A stretch of 64,000 nucleotides of DNA from an uncultured Patescibacteria group bacterium (GTDB lineage: Bacteria; Patescibacteriota; Microgenomatia; UBA1400; PJMF01), in assembly GCA_905478415.1 (NCBI GenBank), contig CAJQIG010000005.1, positions 1,598-65,597 on the forward strand, read 5' to 3'. Numbering within the stretch: the first letter of the stretch is position 1; every line of letters starts with the position of its first letter. Made by a program: the position numbers and the translations under genes. Positions 10,713 through 19,591 of this stretch are shown here, piece by piece. The notes below the pieces were generated by a model. That model worked only from the letters and a program-made list of their open reading frames with translations. It searched no databases and was not told the DNA's origin.

Positions 10713-11276
10713 ATGCCAACAAAAAAAGTTATAAATGTTTCCACTAAAGGTGGTGATGATGGAAGCTCTGGGTTGATTGATGGTGTACGTCTACCAAAAT
10801 CAAGTCATATTTTTCAAGTTTTGGGGGATGTTGACGAGTTGAACAGCTGGTTGGGATATTCGTTAGTAATGCTTTCGGTCAAACTGCCTGAGCAAAGTGC
10901 TGCTTTACGGCATGCGCAAAAGAATCTCTATTTACTCAGTGCTCTTATTGCTCAAGCTGATCCTAAAAAAGTTTCGGTAGCACGCGAAGAGTTGACCATT
11001 TTGGAGAAGAACTCACTGTATCTTCAGAAGTCAATGAAAGCAGATTGGACACAGTCTTTTTTATATCCAGGTGGCACTGAGACTGCAGCTCGTTTAGATA
11101 TTGCTCGCACCGTTTGTCGTCGATGTGAACGCTCAATGGTGGCTTTGAGTCAGGAGCAGCGAATTCCCGGTATTGCACTGCAGTATCTTAACCGTCTATC
11201 TGACTATTTGTATGTGTTGCGCTGTTTTGTAAACTTTAAAGAGGGATACCAGGAAGCTCAATTCGATATTAAGTAA
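10713..11276 (+). CDS. PduO-type ATP:cob(I)alamin adenosyltransferase family protein (MMAB-like)
   Basis: The N-terminus ...STKGGDDGSSGLIDGVRLPKSSHIFQVLGDVDELNSWLGY matches the PduO/MMAB signature (TKTGDKGxTSL..G.R..KDD..IEAYGTVDELNS.IG). Confidence 0.65.
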   Translation: MPTKKVINVSTKGGDDGSSGLIDGVRLPKSSHIFQVLGDVDELNSWLGYSLVMLSVKLPEQSAALRHAQKNLYLLSALIAQADPKKVSVAREELTILEKNSLYLQKSMKADWTQSFLYPGGTETAARLDIARTVCRRCERSMVALSQEQRIPGIALQYLNRLSDYLYVLRCFVNFKEGYQEAQFDIK

Positions 11277-11331
11277 AAAAATACAGCTGTGAGTTCTCTC
11301 AACAGCCGTATCTTTTCTGTCTAGTTCTGAC

Positions 11332-11952
11332 CTAGTATTTAAACTTTCTGATGAGTCCGACTACTCTGCCCTGAATCTGGACATTAGTAGCATAAATAGG
11401 GCTCATGGATGAGTTAGCGGGCTCTAAACGGACTCGAGTCACCTCTTTGTAGTATCGTTTGAGTGTGGCTAATCCATTATCTAAAAGTGCGACTACAATA
11501 TCGCCGTCTGCAACTTGGCTGGTTTCTTCAACTACAACATAGTCATCTTCTTGGATATGATCTTCGATCATTGAAGTTCCTTTAACTTGGAGTACGTATG
11601 ATCGTTTTTTACCACTAATCATTTCTGGAGAAACTTTAAAGGTAGCTCCTTCTTCAGGGTACGGTTCAATAGGAGAACCTGCTTGAATAAAGCCCATCAA
11701 GGGAAGGTCAATACTATCTGAAAGTTTGACAAAGGTTCGGTCAATGAGTTCAATTCCACGAACGGCTCCCTCATGCTTACGAATAACCTTTTTGCGTTGC
11801 AAAGCTTGTAGATGTTCATGAACTGTTGCCAAAGAAGAGACGCCAATTGAACCAGCAATTTCTTTAAGTGTTGGTGAATAGCCATTTTTTTGAATATACT
11901 GTCCAATGAAATCAACAATTTGTCGCTGACGTTTATACAAGGTGACGGCCAT
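11332..11952 (-). CDS. lexA: LexA repressor (SOS regulator, S24 peptidase)
   Basis: N-terminal wHTH (TLKEIAGSIGVSSLATVHEHLQALQRKKVIRK). C-terminal S24 domain with a GTSM (Ser) motif and VVGLIRKF (Lys). The cleavage-region Ala-Gly reads FIQAGSP. Confidence 0.85.
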   Translation of the reverse strand: MAVTLYKRQRQIVDFIGQYIQKNGYSPTLKEIAGSIGVSSLATVHEHLQALQRKKVIRKHEGAVRGIELIDRTFVKLSDSIDLPLMGFIQAGSPIEPYPEEGATFKVSPEMISGKKRSYVLQVKGTSMIEDHIQEDDYVVVEETSQVADGDIVVALLDNGLATLKRYYKEVTRVRLEPANSSMSPIYATNVQIQGRVVGLIRKFKY

Positions 11953-11991
11953 AAGGGTCCTTTTTAAGATATATTAGTACTGTCCATTTAT

Positions 11992-12014
11992 GTTCGGGCG
12001 TATGTTACCCGAAC
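11992..12014. promoter_or_regulatory. Candidate SOS/LexA operator: the perfect inverted repeat GTTCGGG-N9-CCCGAAC, 40-60 bp upstream of the lexA start
   Basis: A 7-bp perfect inverted repeat with GTTC/GAAC outer half-sites (Cheo-box-like ends, wider spacer) in the lexA 5' region. Flanking it are a CTGT motif and repeated CGAAC motifs. Confidence 0.3.
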
Positions 12015-12119
12015 TGAACACAGCATAACCGAACACAAGCCGTACCTTCAAGCAGATCTTACTATATCAAATATAATCAAAATACCTAAATGAAGAAAAA
12101 CCGAATGGTTTGGGTGTAA

Positions 12120-13811
12120 CTATATCAATGAGCGACCAGTCATCGTGTCAGGTTTGGGGATACCGAGGACTTTGAGCATGGTTGGAGCGATATCTGCAAG
12201 AATTCCAGTTGGAAGCATTATTGGTTTATTTGCATACTGTTGCCCGATGATAAGTAATGGGACTGGGTAAATTGAGTGTTCGGTGTCGACTTCGCCTGTT
12301 TCGTTATTTATTAATTCTTCGGCATTGCCATGATCAGCAGTAATAAGAACCACTCCACCTTGGGAATAAATTTCATTGACAATTCGGCCGAGATGATAAT
12401 CCAAAATTTCACAGGCAGCAATGGTTGCGTCTAAATTACCTGTGTGTCCAACCATATCCCCATTACAAAGATTCGAAATAATGACATCATATTTTTTTAA
12501 TCTGATCTTTTCAATCATGTGGTCAGCAATTTCTGGGGTACTCATTTCTGGTGCAAGGTCATATGACTTCACACCTTTAGATGGAAAAATAACACGATCT
12601 TCGCCCGGATAGATAGTATCTTGTTGCCCATTCATATAGAAGGTTACGAACCGCTCTTTTTCTGATTCTGACATTCTTAGCTGACTGAGTCCGTTCATTG
12701 AGATGATACGACACAGAGGATTCTTGATATTTTGAGGAGGAAAACCGATGTCAGTTGGCAGGTGTTCCTCATACTGTGTCATGGTCACGAAGTAAAGGTT
12801 ATTTATTTTTTTCTGTCGCTTAAAAGTAGTGATATGTTCTTTTTTCTGAATATTGGTGTTTTCATATTTTTCTGCATACGGGTCAAAAGCTTCTTCTGAG
12901 ATACCACCTTCAAAGTCTGGCATGACAAAGGCTCGAGTTAATTCACGAGGGCGGTCGATACGGTAGTTGAAAAAGATAGCTGCATCATTTTCTTGAATGG
13001 TGGTGACGTGGCCTTCGGCTGAGAGGATGTTGGTTGGTTCGATAAATTCATCGGTGACACCAGCTTCATACTGTTGTTGCAGATAGGCAATGGGGTCACT
13101 TGTTTGTTTGCCATTGCCGATGGTCAGTGCATTATAGGCAGCTTCAATTCGGTCCCAGCGTTTGTCTCGATCCATCGCATAGAATCTACCCATAAGAGTT
13201 ACAAGCTTCCCAACTCCGAGTGATTTGCAGGTGTCGGCAATTTGCTGTACGTAATTTACTCCAGATGTTGGAGGTGAGTCTCTACCGTCCGTGAAACCAT
13301 GGATAAAGACACGTTCAACTTGTTGCAGTTTACAAAAATTTAGAAGTGCATAGAGGTGTTCGATATTAGAGTGAACACCACCCGCTCCAATGAGTCCCAT
13401 GATATGTAAGTTCGAGTTGTGTTTTTTTGTGTGGTTAACGGCGTTTATAAATGCTGTTGTATTATTGAAAGAACCATCAGCTATTGCCATGTTGATACGA
13501 GGCAAATCTTGAAAGACGATGTGTCCAGCACCAATATTAAGATGACCGGTTTCTGTGTTCCCATCTTCACCTCTTGGAAGGCCAACGGCTTCGCCACTTG
13601 CAGTGATTTGAGTATGTGGAAACGAAAGCCAGTACTTATCCATGTTTGGGGTTTTGGCTCTCATAATGGCATTTCCAGCATTATTGGGGCCAATGCCCCA
13701 GCCATCTAGGATGAAAAGTGCAACTGGTTTTGAGCCGGAATAGTTGCCTTTTTGGTACGTGGTATTAAAAGGCATGCCACTGAGAGTAGGTTCGATTGGT
13801 TTGTCTGCCAT
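12120..13811 (-). CDS. gpmI: 2,3-bisphosphoglycerate-independent phosphoglycerate mutase (iPGM)
   Basis: LFILDGWGIGPNNAGNAIMRAKTPNMDKYW... is the cofactor-independent PGM N-terminal signature. The C-terminus carries metal-binding ...ITADHGNAE... Length 563 aa. Confidence 0.9.
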   Translation of the reverse strand: MADKPIEPTLSGMPFNTTYQKGNYSGSKPVALFILDGWGIGPNNAGNAIMRAKTPNMDKYWLSFPHTQITASGEAVGLPRGEDGNTETGHLNIGAGHIVFQDLPRINMAIADGSFNNTTAFINAVNHTKKHNSNLHIMGLIGAGGVHSNIEHLYALLNFCKLQQVERVFIHGFTDGRDSPPTSGVNYVQQIADTCKSLGVGKLVTLMGRFYAMDRDKRWDRIEAAYNALTIGNGKQTSDPIAYLQQQYEAGVTDEFIEPTNILSAEGHVTTIQENDAAIFFNYRIDRPRELTRAFVMPDFEGGISEEAFDPYAEKYENTNIQKKEHITTFKRQKKINNLYFVTMTQYEEHLPTDIGFPPQNIKNPLCRIISMNGLSQLRMSESEKERFVTFYMNGQQDTIYPGEDRVIFPSKGVKSYDLAPEMSTPEIADHMIEKIRLKKYDVIISNLCNGDMVGHTGNLDATIAACEILDYHLGRIVNEIYSQGGVVLITADHGNAEELINNETGEVDTEHSIYPVPLLIIGQQYANKPIMLPTGILADIAPTMLKVLGIPKPDTMTGRSLI

Positions 13812-13861
13812 TTTTTATTTCTAGTTATGATTTCAATGTGATACAGTCGATAGTATCATAG

Positions 13862-15190
13862 TTAGCTTGCTGATGTCTCTGGGTTTTGAGGTGCTTCTGC
13901 AGGTGGTGTCTCAACAGCCGGCGAACCAGCAACTTGGCTATGCAAAATTTCTTGATGAATTTGTAGTAGTCGGTTGTATTTTGAAACACGCTCTCCTCTG
14001 TTTGGAGGTCCAAACTTGGTGTAGTCAGCCCCCACGCCAACTGCAAAGTCAGCGATAAAGTCATCATTGGTTTCACCACTGCGGTGGGACATAATTACTT
14101 GCCAGTTGGCTTCTTTTGCTAAACGAATAACTTCGATTGTTTCACTAATAGTACCTGTCTGATTTGGTTTGACGAGTACAGCATTACAAGTTTTATTTTT
14201 AATAGCTTCTGCTGTTTTTTCTTTATTTGTAGCAAGTAAACTGTCACCAACAATCTTAGTTGTTTCTCCAAGATCAGCTGTGATTTGTTTCCAAGCATTT
14301 TCATCGTCTTCCTGGAACGGGTCTTCAATATAGAAGACATGATAGAGATCTCGAAGTTTTTTATAGTACTCGACCATCTCTTTTGATGTGTATGGCTCGG
14401 ATCGATCTTTAAGTGAGTATTTGCCACCTGTATACAGTTCGCTGGCAGCTGCATCGATGCCAAAGAAGACGTCTTGAGCAAAGGTGTACGGGCTGGTTTT
14501 GATTGTTTCTACTAAAATCTCGAATACATCAGTATTACTATAGAGGTTAGGGGTGAAACCACCCACTATTCCCGTTGAGTGGATAGCTCCTTTGATATTG
14601 AGAACCTCTTCGATTTTGTGAAAGAGGGTAACGGCAATGTTTAGTGATGATTCATAATCAATGTGACTGGCAGGAATAATCTCAAATTCTTGAAGATCCA
14701 GGTTGTCAGCACCGTGTTCTCCTCCATTTATCATTGTGTAGATACAGCTAGGAATAGCGACTTCGCTTACTAACTGATATTTTTGTTGAATGTAGTAGTA
14801 GAGTGGTACGTTGAGACTGAGAGCACCAGCTTTGAGAACTGCTTGACTGGCGGCTAAAATAGAGTTTGACCCAAGTTTTGATTTATCGTTGGTGCCATCT
14901 AAGGTGACGAGCAATTGATCAATTTCAAACTGCTGGGTTGGGTCTTTACCAATGAGAGCCTGAGCAATGGTTGTATTGAGATATTCAACTGCTTTGAGAA
15001 CGCCTTTACCATTCATTCGTTCTGGATCATTATCTCTGAGTTCATGTGCTTCGTACTTACCAACAGATGTACCAGTTGGAACACTCGTGGCTACAATAGC
15101 CCCGTTATCAAGCCAGAGTGTGCATTCGACCGTTGGAATTCCTCTCGAATCCATGATTTCGCGCGCGTAGAGTCCTTGAATGAGTGGCAT
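13862..15190 (-). CDS. eno: Enolase (phosphopyruvate hydratase), with a short Pro/Ala/Glu-rich C-terminal tail
   Basis: The N-terminus MPLIQGLYAREIMDSRGIPTVECTLWLDNG is the enolase hallmark. ...VLVKPNQTGTISETIEVIRLAKEANWQVIMSHRSGETNDDFIADFAVG... is the enolase C-terminal signature. Confidence 0.93.
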   Translation of the reverse strand: MPLIQGLYAREIMDSRGIPTVECTLWLDNGAIVATSVPTGTSVGKYEAHELRDNDPERMNGKGVLKAVEYLNTTIAQALIGKDPTQQFEIDQLLVTLDGTNDKSKLGSNSILAASQAVLKAGALSLNVPLYYYIQQKYQLVSEVAIPSCIYTMINGGEHGADNLDLQEFEIIPASHIDYESSLNIAVTLFHKIEEVLNIKGAIHSTGIVGGFTPNLYSNTDVFEILVETIKTSPYTFAQDVFFGIDAAASELYTGGKYSLKDRSEPYTSKEMVEYYKKLRDLYHVFYIEDPFQEDDENAWKQITADLGETTKIVGDSLLATNKEKTAEAIKNKTCNAVLVKPNQTGTISETIEVIRLAKEANWQVIMSHRSGETNDDFIADFAVGVGADYTKFGPPNRGERVSKYNRLLQIHQEILHSQVAGSPAVETPPAEAPQNPETSAS

Positions 15191-15202
15191 ATATAGTCTT
15201 CT

Positions 15203-17038
15203 TTATAGTACGATTTTATTTGATACTGTATTTTTTTTCTCGAGTAGCGGGGCCGCTTCGTAATCTATGATACAGGCTTTTGCGAGGGGCGCAACTGCTG
15301 GGCGAACAGTGACTCCAGTCAGCCCCAGTTTGACAGCCAGGGCAACGATAGCGGGGTTATATTGTTCCATTTGTAAGAGGATCGGAAGTTCTTCTAGTCG
15401 TGCTGTTTTCTTAGATTTTTGAATTTGAGCGATGAATGTTTCAAGTAACGTTTCTAGTAACTCTATTGGGGCAGAATAGTGCTCTTGAAGTAGAGAATTT
15501 GTGGGATCAGTGCCGAGGAGGAGTTGGAGCAACGTATCAACTTGAATACTAATGCCATCGATTTTTTTGACGGGATATGCTGAAGCGTTCAATATATTTT
15601 CGGGAGTGGTTACCTGCCACCAGAGTTCGAATTGTGGGGTTGGTAGCGCAGCTTCTGCAACTTTTACAATAATTCTCTGTAGCTCTTCTGGTGAGCGAAC
15701 AAAGGGTAGTAGAAGGCCAATTGTTGTTGATGAGTGTTGACAGTATTCTTTAAGTGTTTCAAGCTCTAGGTCAAAAAGATCTGGTTGAGAGAGCTGCTTG
15801 TAGGCTCCTCTTGTCCCGACCCAAGGATTTTGTTCAACCGATTCATACGTAGTTGCATGCTCAAGTTTTGAGAGTTCGTTCGAGGGGAAATCGAAACTTC
15901 TATACAGAATTTTTTTAATCTGAGGAAATGAGTTGAAGGTTTGGAGTGTATGAATGAGAGAGTGTTTAAGTAAGTTTCGCTTGTGACCACGAACCAAAGC
16001 GTGAGGATGTGTTCCGTATTTCAGAATCGAGTACTCACTTTTTAAGAGACCAATGCCAGCTATTGGTAGATCTGTATAAGTAGCAGATCTCTGAGGATTA
16101 CCTGCAGATGCGTACACTTGAGTGATGCTTTTTTGTTCAGAATCGAGGTGTTCATATTCGGCAAAATCTGAAATTGCGGTGATTGCAATGTTATTTTCAA
16201 GCAATGCCCACGATACTTTTTTGTGATCTAGGTGTTGCTTTTTAATACTGTTAACGATGTGAGCGATTTCAACTATCTGAGAATTGCTGAGGTGATGTCT
16301 TGATTGCTTTGAGGCTCCAAAGAGAGATGTCTTTTTGGGTGAAAGTCCGATCTTTTTTTTGATAACATTCCAGGTTCTGATATCGACTTCATAGCTATTT
16401 GAGTACTCAGACTCATGGTTTGCGTGGTCTGTTTGGTTACTGACAATATAGACTGTAGTTTTAACACCAGTTCGAGGATGTTTGGTAAAGGCAGTTCCAT
16501 GAGCAGCAGAAACAATATACTCACGTACAACTAGAGGAGAAGTGAAAAGGGCTGTGTGAATTTCCTTTTGTTTCGTTTGTAAGATGTGAGTAAGCACAAT
16601 CTGACTCCACTCTTCTAGCAAAGTGAGAAAAAAGTTGGTGTCACCGGTGGTTTTTTTTGTAGTAACGGAATTTGTGGAATTATTTGAAGAGAAAACAGAG
16701 ACTGCTTGTCCCAAAAAATAGTCATGATAGACCTGATGGAGTTCTTGAAGAATTGGGCTTGGGATTTTTGATCGAGTGATGATGTTTTTAACACTCTTTT
16801 GTAAGTGTGTCACAGACACTGGATCATGGAAATTTGTTTCTTTAAGAAGTAAGCCCAGTTTTTTTGTAAGTGTATTAGCGTCTGCAATAGCCTGGAGAGT
16901 ACTAAGTGGAATAATGGCGGTTTTAGGAATACTAAAATGCAACTTGAGGAGAGTAAGCTGTTTTGCTCCAAAAACACCAACGGTCGGTTTGGAGACGCGT
17001 GAAAAATCTCTGGGCAGGAGAACGAAACAATTTTTCAT
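15203..17038 (-). CDS. PEP-utilising enzyme family protein (pyruvate,phosphate dikinase / PEP synthase-like). I could not see the canonical phospho-histidine GGRTSHAAI motif.
   Basis: The N-terminal region resembles the PPDK/PEP-synthase nucleotide-binding domain. The C-terminal region (IGLLKSEYSILKYGTHPHALV...GLLLPFVRSPEELQRI...) resembles the PEP-utilising TIM-barrel domain. The gene lies between eno and pgi. Confidence 0.5.
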   Translation of the reverse strand: MKNCFVLLPRDFSRVSKPTVGVFGAKQLTLLKLHFSIPKTAIIPLSTLQAIADANTLTKKLGLLLKETNFHDPVSVTHLQKSVKNIITRSKIPSPILQELHQVYHDYFLGQAVSVFSSNNSTNSVTTKKTTGDTNFFLTLLEEWSQIVLTHILQTKQKEIHTALFTSPLVVREYIVSAAHGTAFTKHPRTGVKTTVYIVSNQTDHANHESEYSNSYEVDIRTWNVIKKKIGLSPKKTSLFGASKQSRHHLSNSQIVEIAHIVNSIKKQHLDHKKVSWALLENNIAITAISDFAEYEHLDSEQKSITQVYASAGNPQRSATYTDLPIAGIGLLKSEYSILKYGTHPHALVRGHKRNLLKHSLIHTLQTFNSFPQIKKILYRSFDFPSNELSKLEHATTYESVEQNPWVGTRGAYKQLSQPDLFDLELETLKEYCQHSSTTIGLLLPFVRSPEELQRIIVKVAEAALPTPQFELWWQVTTPENILNASAYPVKKIDGISIQVDTLLQLLLGTDPTNSLLQEHYSAPIELLETLLETFIAQIQKSKKTARLEELPILLQMEQYNPAIVALAVKLGLTGVTVRPAVAPLAKACIIDYEAAPLLEKKNTVSNKIVL

Positions 17039-17097
17039 TGCTAATACTATACTACCTTACTTAGGACAAAGGTTAAAGACCCCAAGCTGTCATATGG

Positions 17098-18183
17098 TTA
17101 ATAGTCTTGGCTCTGTTCTTTTAGTTTTTCTTTGAATGAGTCGACAAAAGGAATGGGACTTGGATCGATCCCTTCAAGCATGGCAATGTAGAAACTGCAA
17201 AAACTAAAGAGTGAAATCATCTCAAATGCCTGTTCAATTTTAGTGGCTGACTTGAGCGGTACCGCTGTTGTTTCAATCTCATTTTCTTCAACAATGTGTT
17301 GTGTTAATTTCATTCGCAGACTCACTTTAGGTGGGTATAAGACTGAGGTTACAAATACAAAGAAATGGGTTGAAGCATTACTTTTCGGAAACTTGAGTCC
17401 TTCCATCAGATGGTGGTTAATCTCTGGAACAACTTTATAGTTGACGAATACTTTTCCGTTTTCATTGTGTTGGTTAGCACTGACATGCGCAACTCCCTCA
17501 AGAAATTCTCCGGCTACGATGAACGGTTGTCTATCCATCATGAGGAATGCTAAAGTTTTTGCAGGGTTCGATTCGGCTGGAACTTCGACAGTGCACCCAG
17601 CAACTTGTGTATCAATTGCTTTGATAACTGCAGTAACATCTTCATCAGAAACACTGATGAGACCAGCTTTTTCAAGTAATCCAATAGTTCCAAACACTGA
17701 GTATCCAATGGCCATACGCGGTTGCTCTGATGGGTTGTGTACGGGGTCTATTTTGTAGTAGGTATAGCCTTTTTCTTGAGCAAGGTCAGCTAAAGCTCCA
17801 CCAGCACAAATAACCATAATCTGAGCTTGTTTTGCTTCAGCTTCTTTAGCTGCCGAGAGCACTTCTTCAGTAGTGCCTGAATAGCTAGAAAGAACCACTA
17901 GGGTGTGTTGGTCAACATAGTTAGGTAGTGAGTAGGTGCGATTGATGTAGAGTGGCACTTTCATTTGTTCTTTGAACAGGTGCAGGATGACATCTGCACC
18001 CAGCGCTGAGCCTCCCATTCCGGCTACAACAACATTGCGGATTTCGTCTTTGGCAGTGAATTGAACTTTTTTTAGCTCTTGCCAAGCATGTTCAATTTGT
18101 TTGCCGAGGGCTTCGATTGAACCGAGCATATTTGAGTTATCAAGCTGTGCAATTTCTTCTCGTGAATCAATGATACTAGCCAT
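17098..18183 (-). CDS. Bifunctional phosphoglucose/phosphomannose isomerase (archaeal-type SIS-domain PGI/PMI)
   Basis: SIS-domain motif VVAGMGGSALGADVILHLF and a second SIS-like half. Length ~360 aa. Adjacent to the mannose/glucose-1-P genes. Confidence 0.7.
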   Translation of the reverse strand: MASIIDSREEIAQLDNSNMLGSIEALGKQIEHAWQELKKVQFTAKDEIRNVVVAGMGGSALGADVILHLFKEQMKVPLYINRTYSLPNYVDQHTLVVLSSYSGTTEEVLSAAKEAEAKQAQIMVICAGGALADLAQEKGYTYYKIDPVHNPSEQPRMAIGYSVFGTIGLLEKAGLISVSDEDVTAVIKAIDTQVAGCTVEVPAESNPAKTLAFLMMDRQPFIVAGEFLEGVAHVSANQHNENGKVFVNYKVVPEINHHLMEGLKFPKSNASTHFFVFVTSVLYPPKVSLRMKLTQHIVEENEIETTAVPLKSATKIEQAFEMISLFSFCSFYIAMLEGIDPSPIPFVDSFKEKLKEQSQDY

Positions 18184-18194
18184 ACGTTCCTTTC

Positions 18195-19469
18195 CTATTC
18201 TGTTTCTATTGGTTCGTGTTCTGTATTTTTTGAAATGGTTGTAGCTGGGTGAACGAACGTTCGCGCCCCCAGTAAAATCCCCGGCATAGCTCGCACGCTA
18301 ATACCTAGATTGGCATATGCTCCGATAATGACACCTTGCCTATTTGAGGGCAGCGTGACCATTGACCCTTTGAGTTGGGTCCGGATAGGTGCCCGGTCAA
18401 GTCGTTTATTCGCTGTAATCAGACCTGCACCAACCTTTACTCCCTGGCCTAAGATTGAGTCTGCTAGATAGCCAAAGTGAATCGATGCTTTTGGTAGTAA
18501 AATTGCCCGCACGACTTCTGTGTTGGCTCCAACAGTAGCGCCAGCTTCAATACTACATTCGCCCCGAACAAAACAGTAGTCACCTACCATTGCCTCGGAA
18601 CCGATGTAACAAGGACCCACTATTTTTGCGAAGTCTCCGATTCTTGCTCCAGCTTTGATAATAATGGGGCCGGCTGAGTCATCGAGGACGGCAGTGGTAC
18701 TGATGTTTGCTTCTGGACTGATACTGGTTTTTTGATTTTCGAAGAGGTGAGAAAGCATCTCAAAAAGGTGCCAAGAATATTTGAGACTTGGTAGTTCTTC
18801 GGTATTTTCAACCCAAGTGACGACATGGTCTTTTGCGAAAGATGTTAGAGCTGCTTCAAGTGAGTACTCCTCTTGAGGAGTAGTTTCTAAGTGAGCCATA
18901 AAGCTTTTAGAGAGGAGATAAATGCTATTAATTTTATAGTTCGAAGGAGCATGTTCTTGGGGTTTTTCGACTATGCCGATAACTCGATTAGCATGCTCTG
19001 GATCAAACTCAAACATGCCATACAGAGAAGGGTTCTCGACTTGTGTACCCATAAAAACACATTCACTCTGCTCTGTTTGCTGTGAGTGCCAGAGTTCTTC
19101 TGCTAGTTCACCCGCATTTGTATAGTACGGTGACAGCATGATGAAGTGCTCAGTTTGCAGGTGTGCAGTGGCAGTTAAGAGCGCTTGCCCTGCTCCTTGT
19201 GCATCAGGTTGTAGTGTCCAAGATATGTTTGAGTTGAGATTATATTTTGTGATCTCAGCACTGAAACCTTTACCTTGAAAATCTTTTTCGGAGACAACAA
19301 TCACGATATCCATGAAGCCATGTGCTTCGAGATTTCTGAGAGTGCGAATGATAATTGGTTCGCCTAAAAGTGGCAAACAACCTTTGTGAGTTTCAGTATT
19401 GAGAGGAAAAAAGCGACTATTTTTACCAGCGGCTAGGATGACAACTGTGGGCTTTTGAGTTTCGTTCAT
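18195..19469 (-). CDS. Sugar-1-phosphate nucleotidylyltransferase with a C-terminal left-handed beta-helix (GlmU / ManC-like bifunctional architecture)
   Basis: N-terminal VVILAAGKNSRFFPLNTETHKGCLPLLGEPII (NTP_transferase G-rich loop). The C-terminal half is full of hexapeptide repeats (IGDFAKIVGPCYIGSEAMVGDYCFVRGECSIEAGATVGANTEVV...). Confidence 0.75.
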   Translation of the reverse strand: MNETQKPTVVILAAGKNSRFFPLNTETHKGCLPLLGEPIIIRTLRNLEAHGFMDIVIVVSEKDFQGKGFSAEITKYNLNSNISWTLQPDAQGAGQALLTATAHLQTEHFIMLSPYYTNAGELAEELWHSQQTEQSECVFMGTQVENPSLYGMFEFDPEHANRVIGIVEKPQEHAPSNYKINSIYLLSKSFMAHLETTPQEEYSLEAALTSFAKDHVVTWVENTEELPSLKYSWHLFEMLSHLFENQKTSISPEANISTTAVLDDSAGPIIIKAGARIGDFAKIVGPCYIGSEAMVGDYCFVRGECSIEAGATVGANTEVVRAILLPKASIHFGYLADSILGQGVKVGAGLITANKRLDRAPIRTQLKGSMVTLPSNRQGVIIGAYANLGISVRAMPGILLGARTFVHPATTISKNTEHEPIETE

Positions 19470-19528
19470 ACGTCTACTATACCATTCTTTTTTGTCTTCT
19501 CCAGATGTGTTAGGCAGTTCTAATCTGT

Positions 19529-19561
19529 GGAGGGGCAGGCGGCACAGCCGCCTGCCCCTCC
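19529..19561. repeat. Perfect GC-rich 14-bp-stem hairpin (GGAGGGGCAGGCGG-cacag-CCGCCTGCCCCTCC) immediately downstream of the phosphomannomutase gene. It lacks an obvious U-tract.
   Basis: An exact inverted repeat read directly from the sequence. Its GC content is far above the local background. It sits 30 bp past the stop of the 19592..21013 gene. Confidence 0.5.
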
Positions 19562-19591
19562 AACGTACCTGTTGCTACTGTATGTCTTTGT

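Noticed and set aside
607-11178. Many 60-120-aa ORFs antisense to or nested within uvrA, uvrB, the transglutaminase-like gene and others (e.g. 607..858, 974..1177, 3999..4187, 5295..5642, 7668..8002, 10963..11178)
   Set aside because: They are embedded in long, well-supported genes on the opposite strand and have low-complexity or implausible composition.
11960-11985. E. coli-type SOS box (CTGT-N8-ACAG) upstream of lexA at TACTGTCCATTTATGTTC
   Set aside because: Only the CTGT half-site is present and the other half reads GTTC. The GTTCGGG-N9-CCCGAAC palindrome a few bp downstream is the better operator candidate.
15150-15190. Enolase C-terminal Pro/Ala/Glu-rich tail as a separate feature
   Set aside because: It is just a short low-complexity extension. 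The sequence gives no evidence of function.
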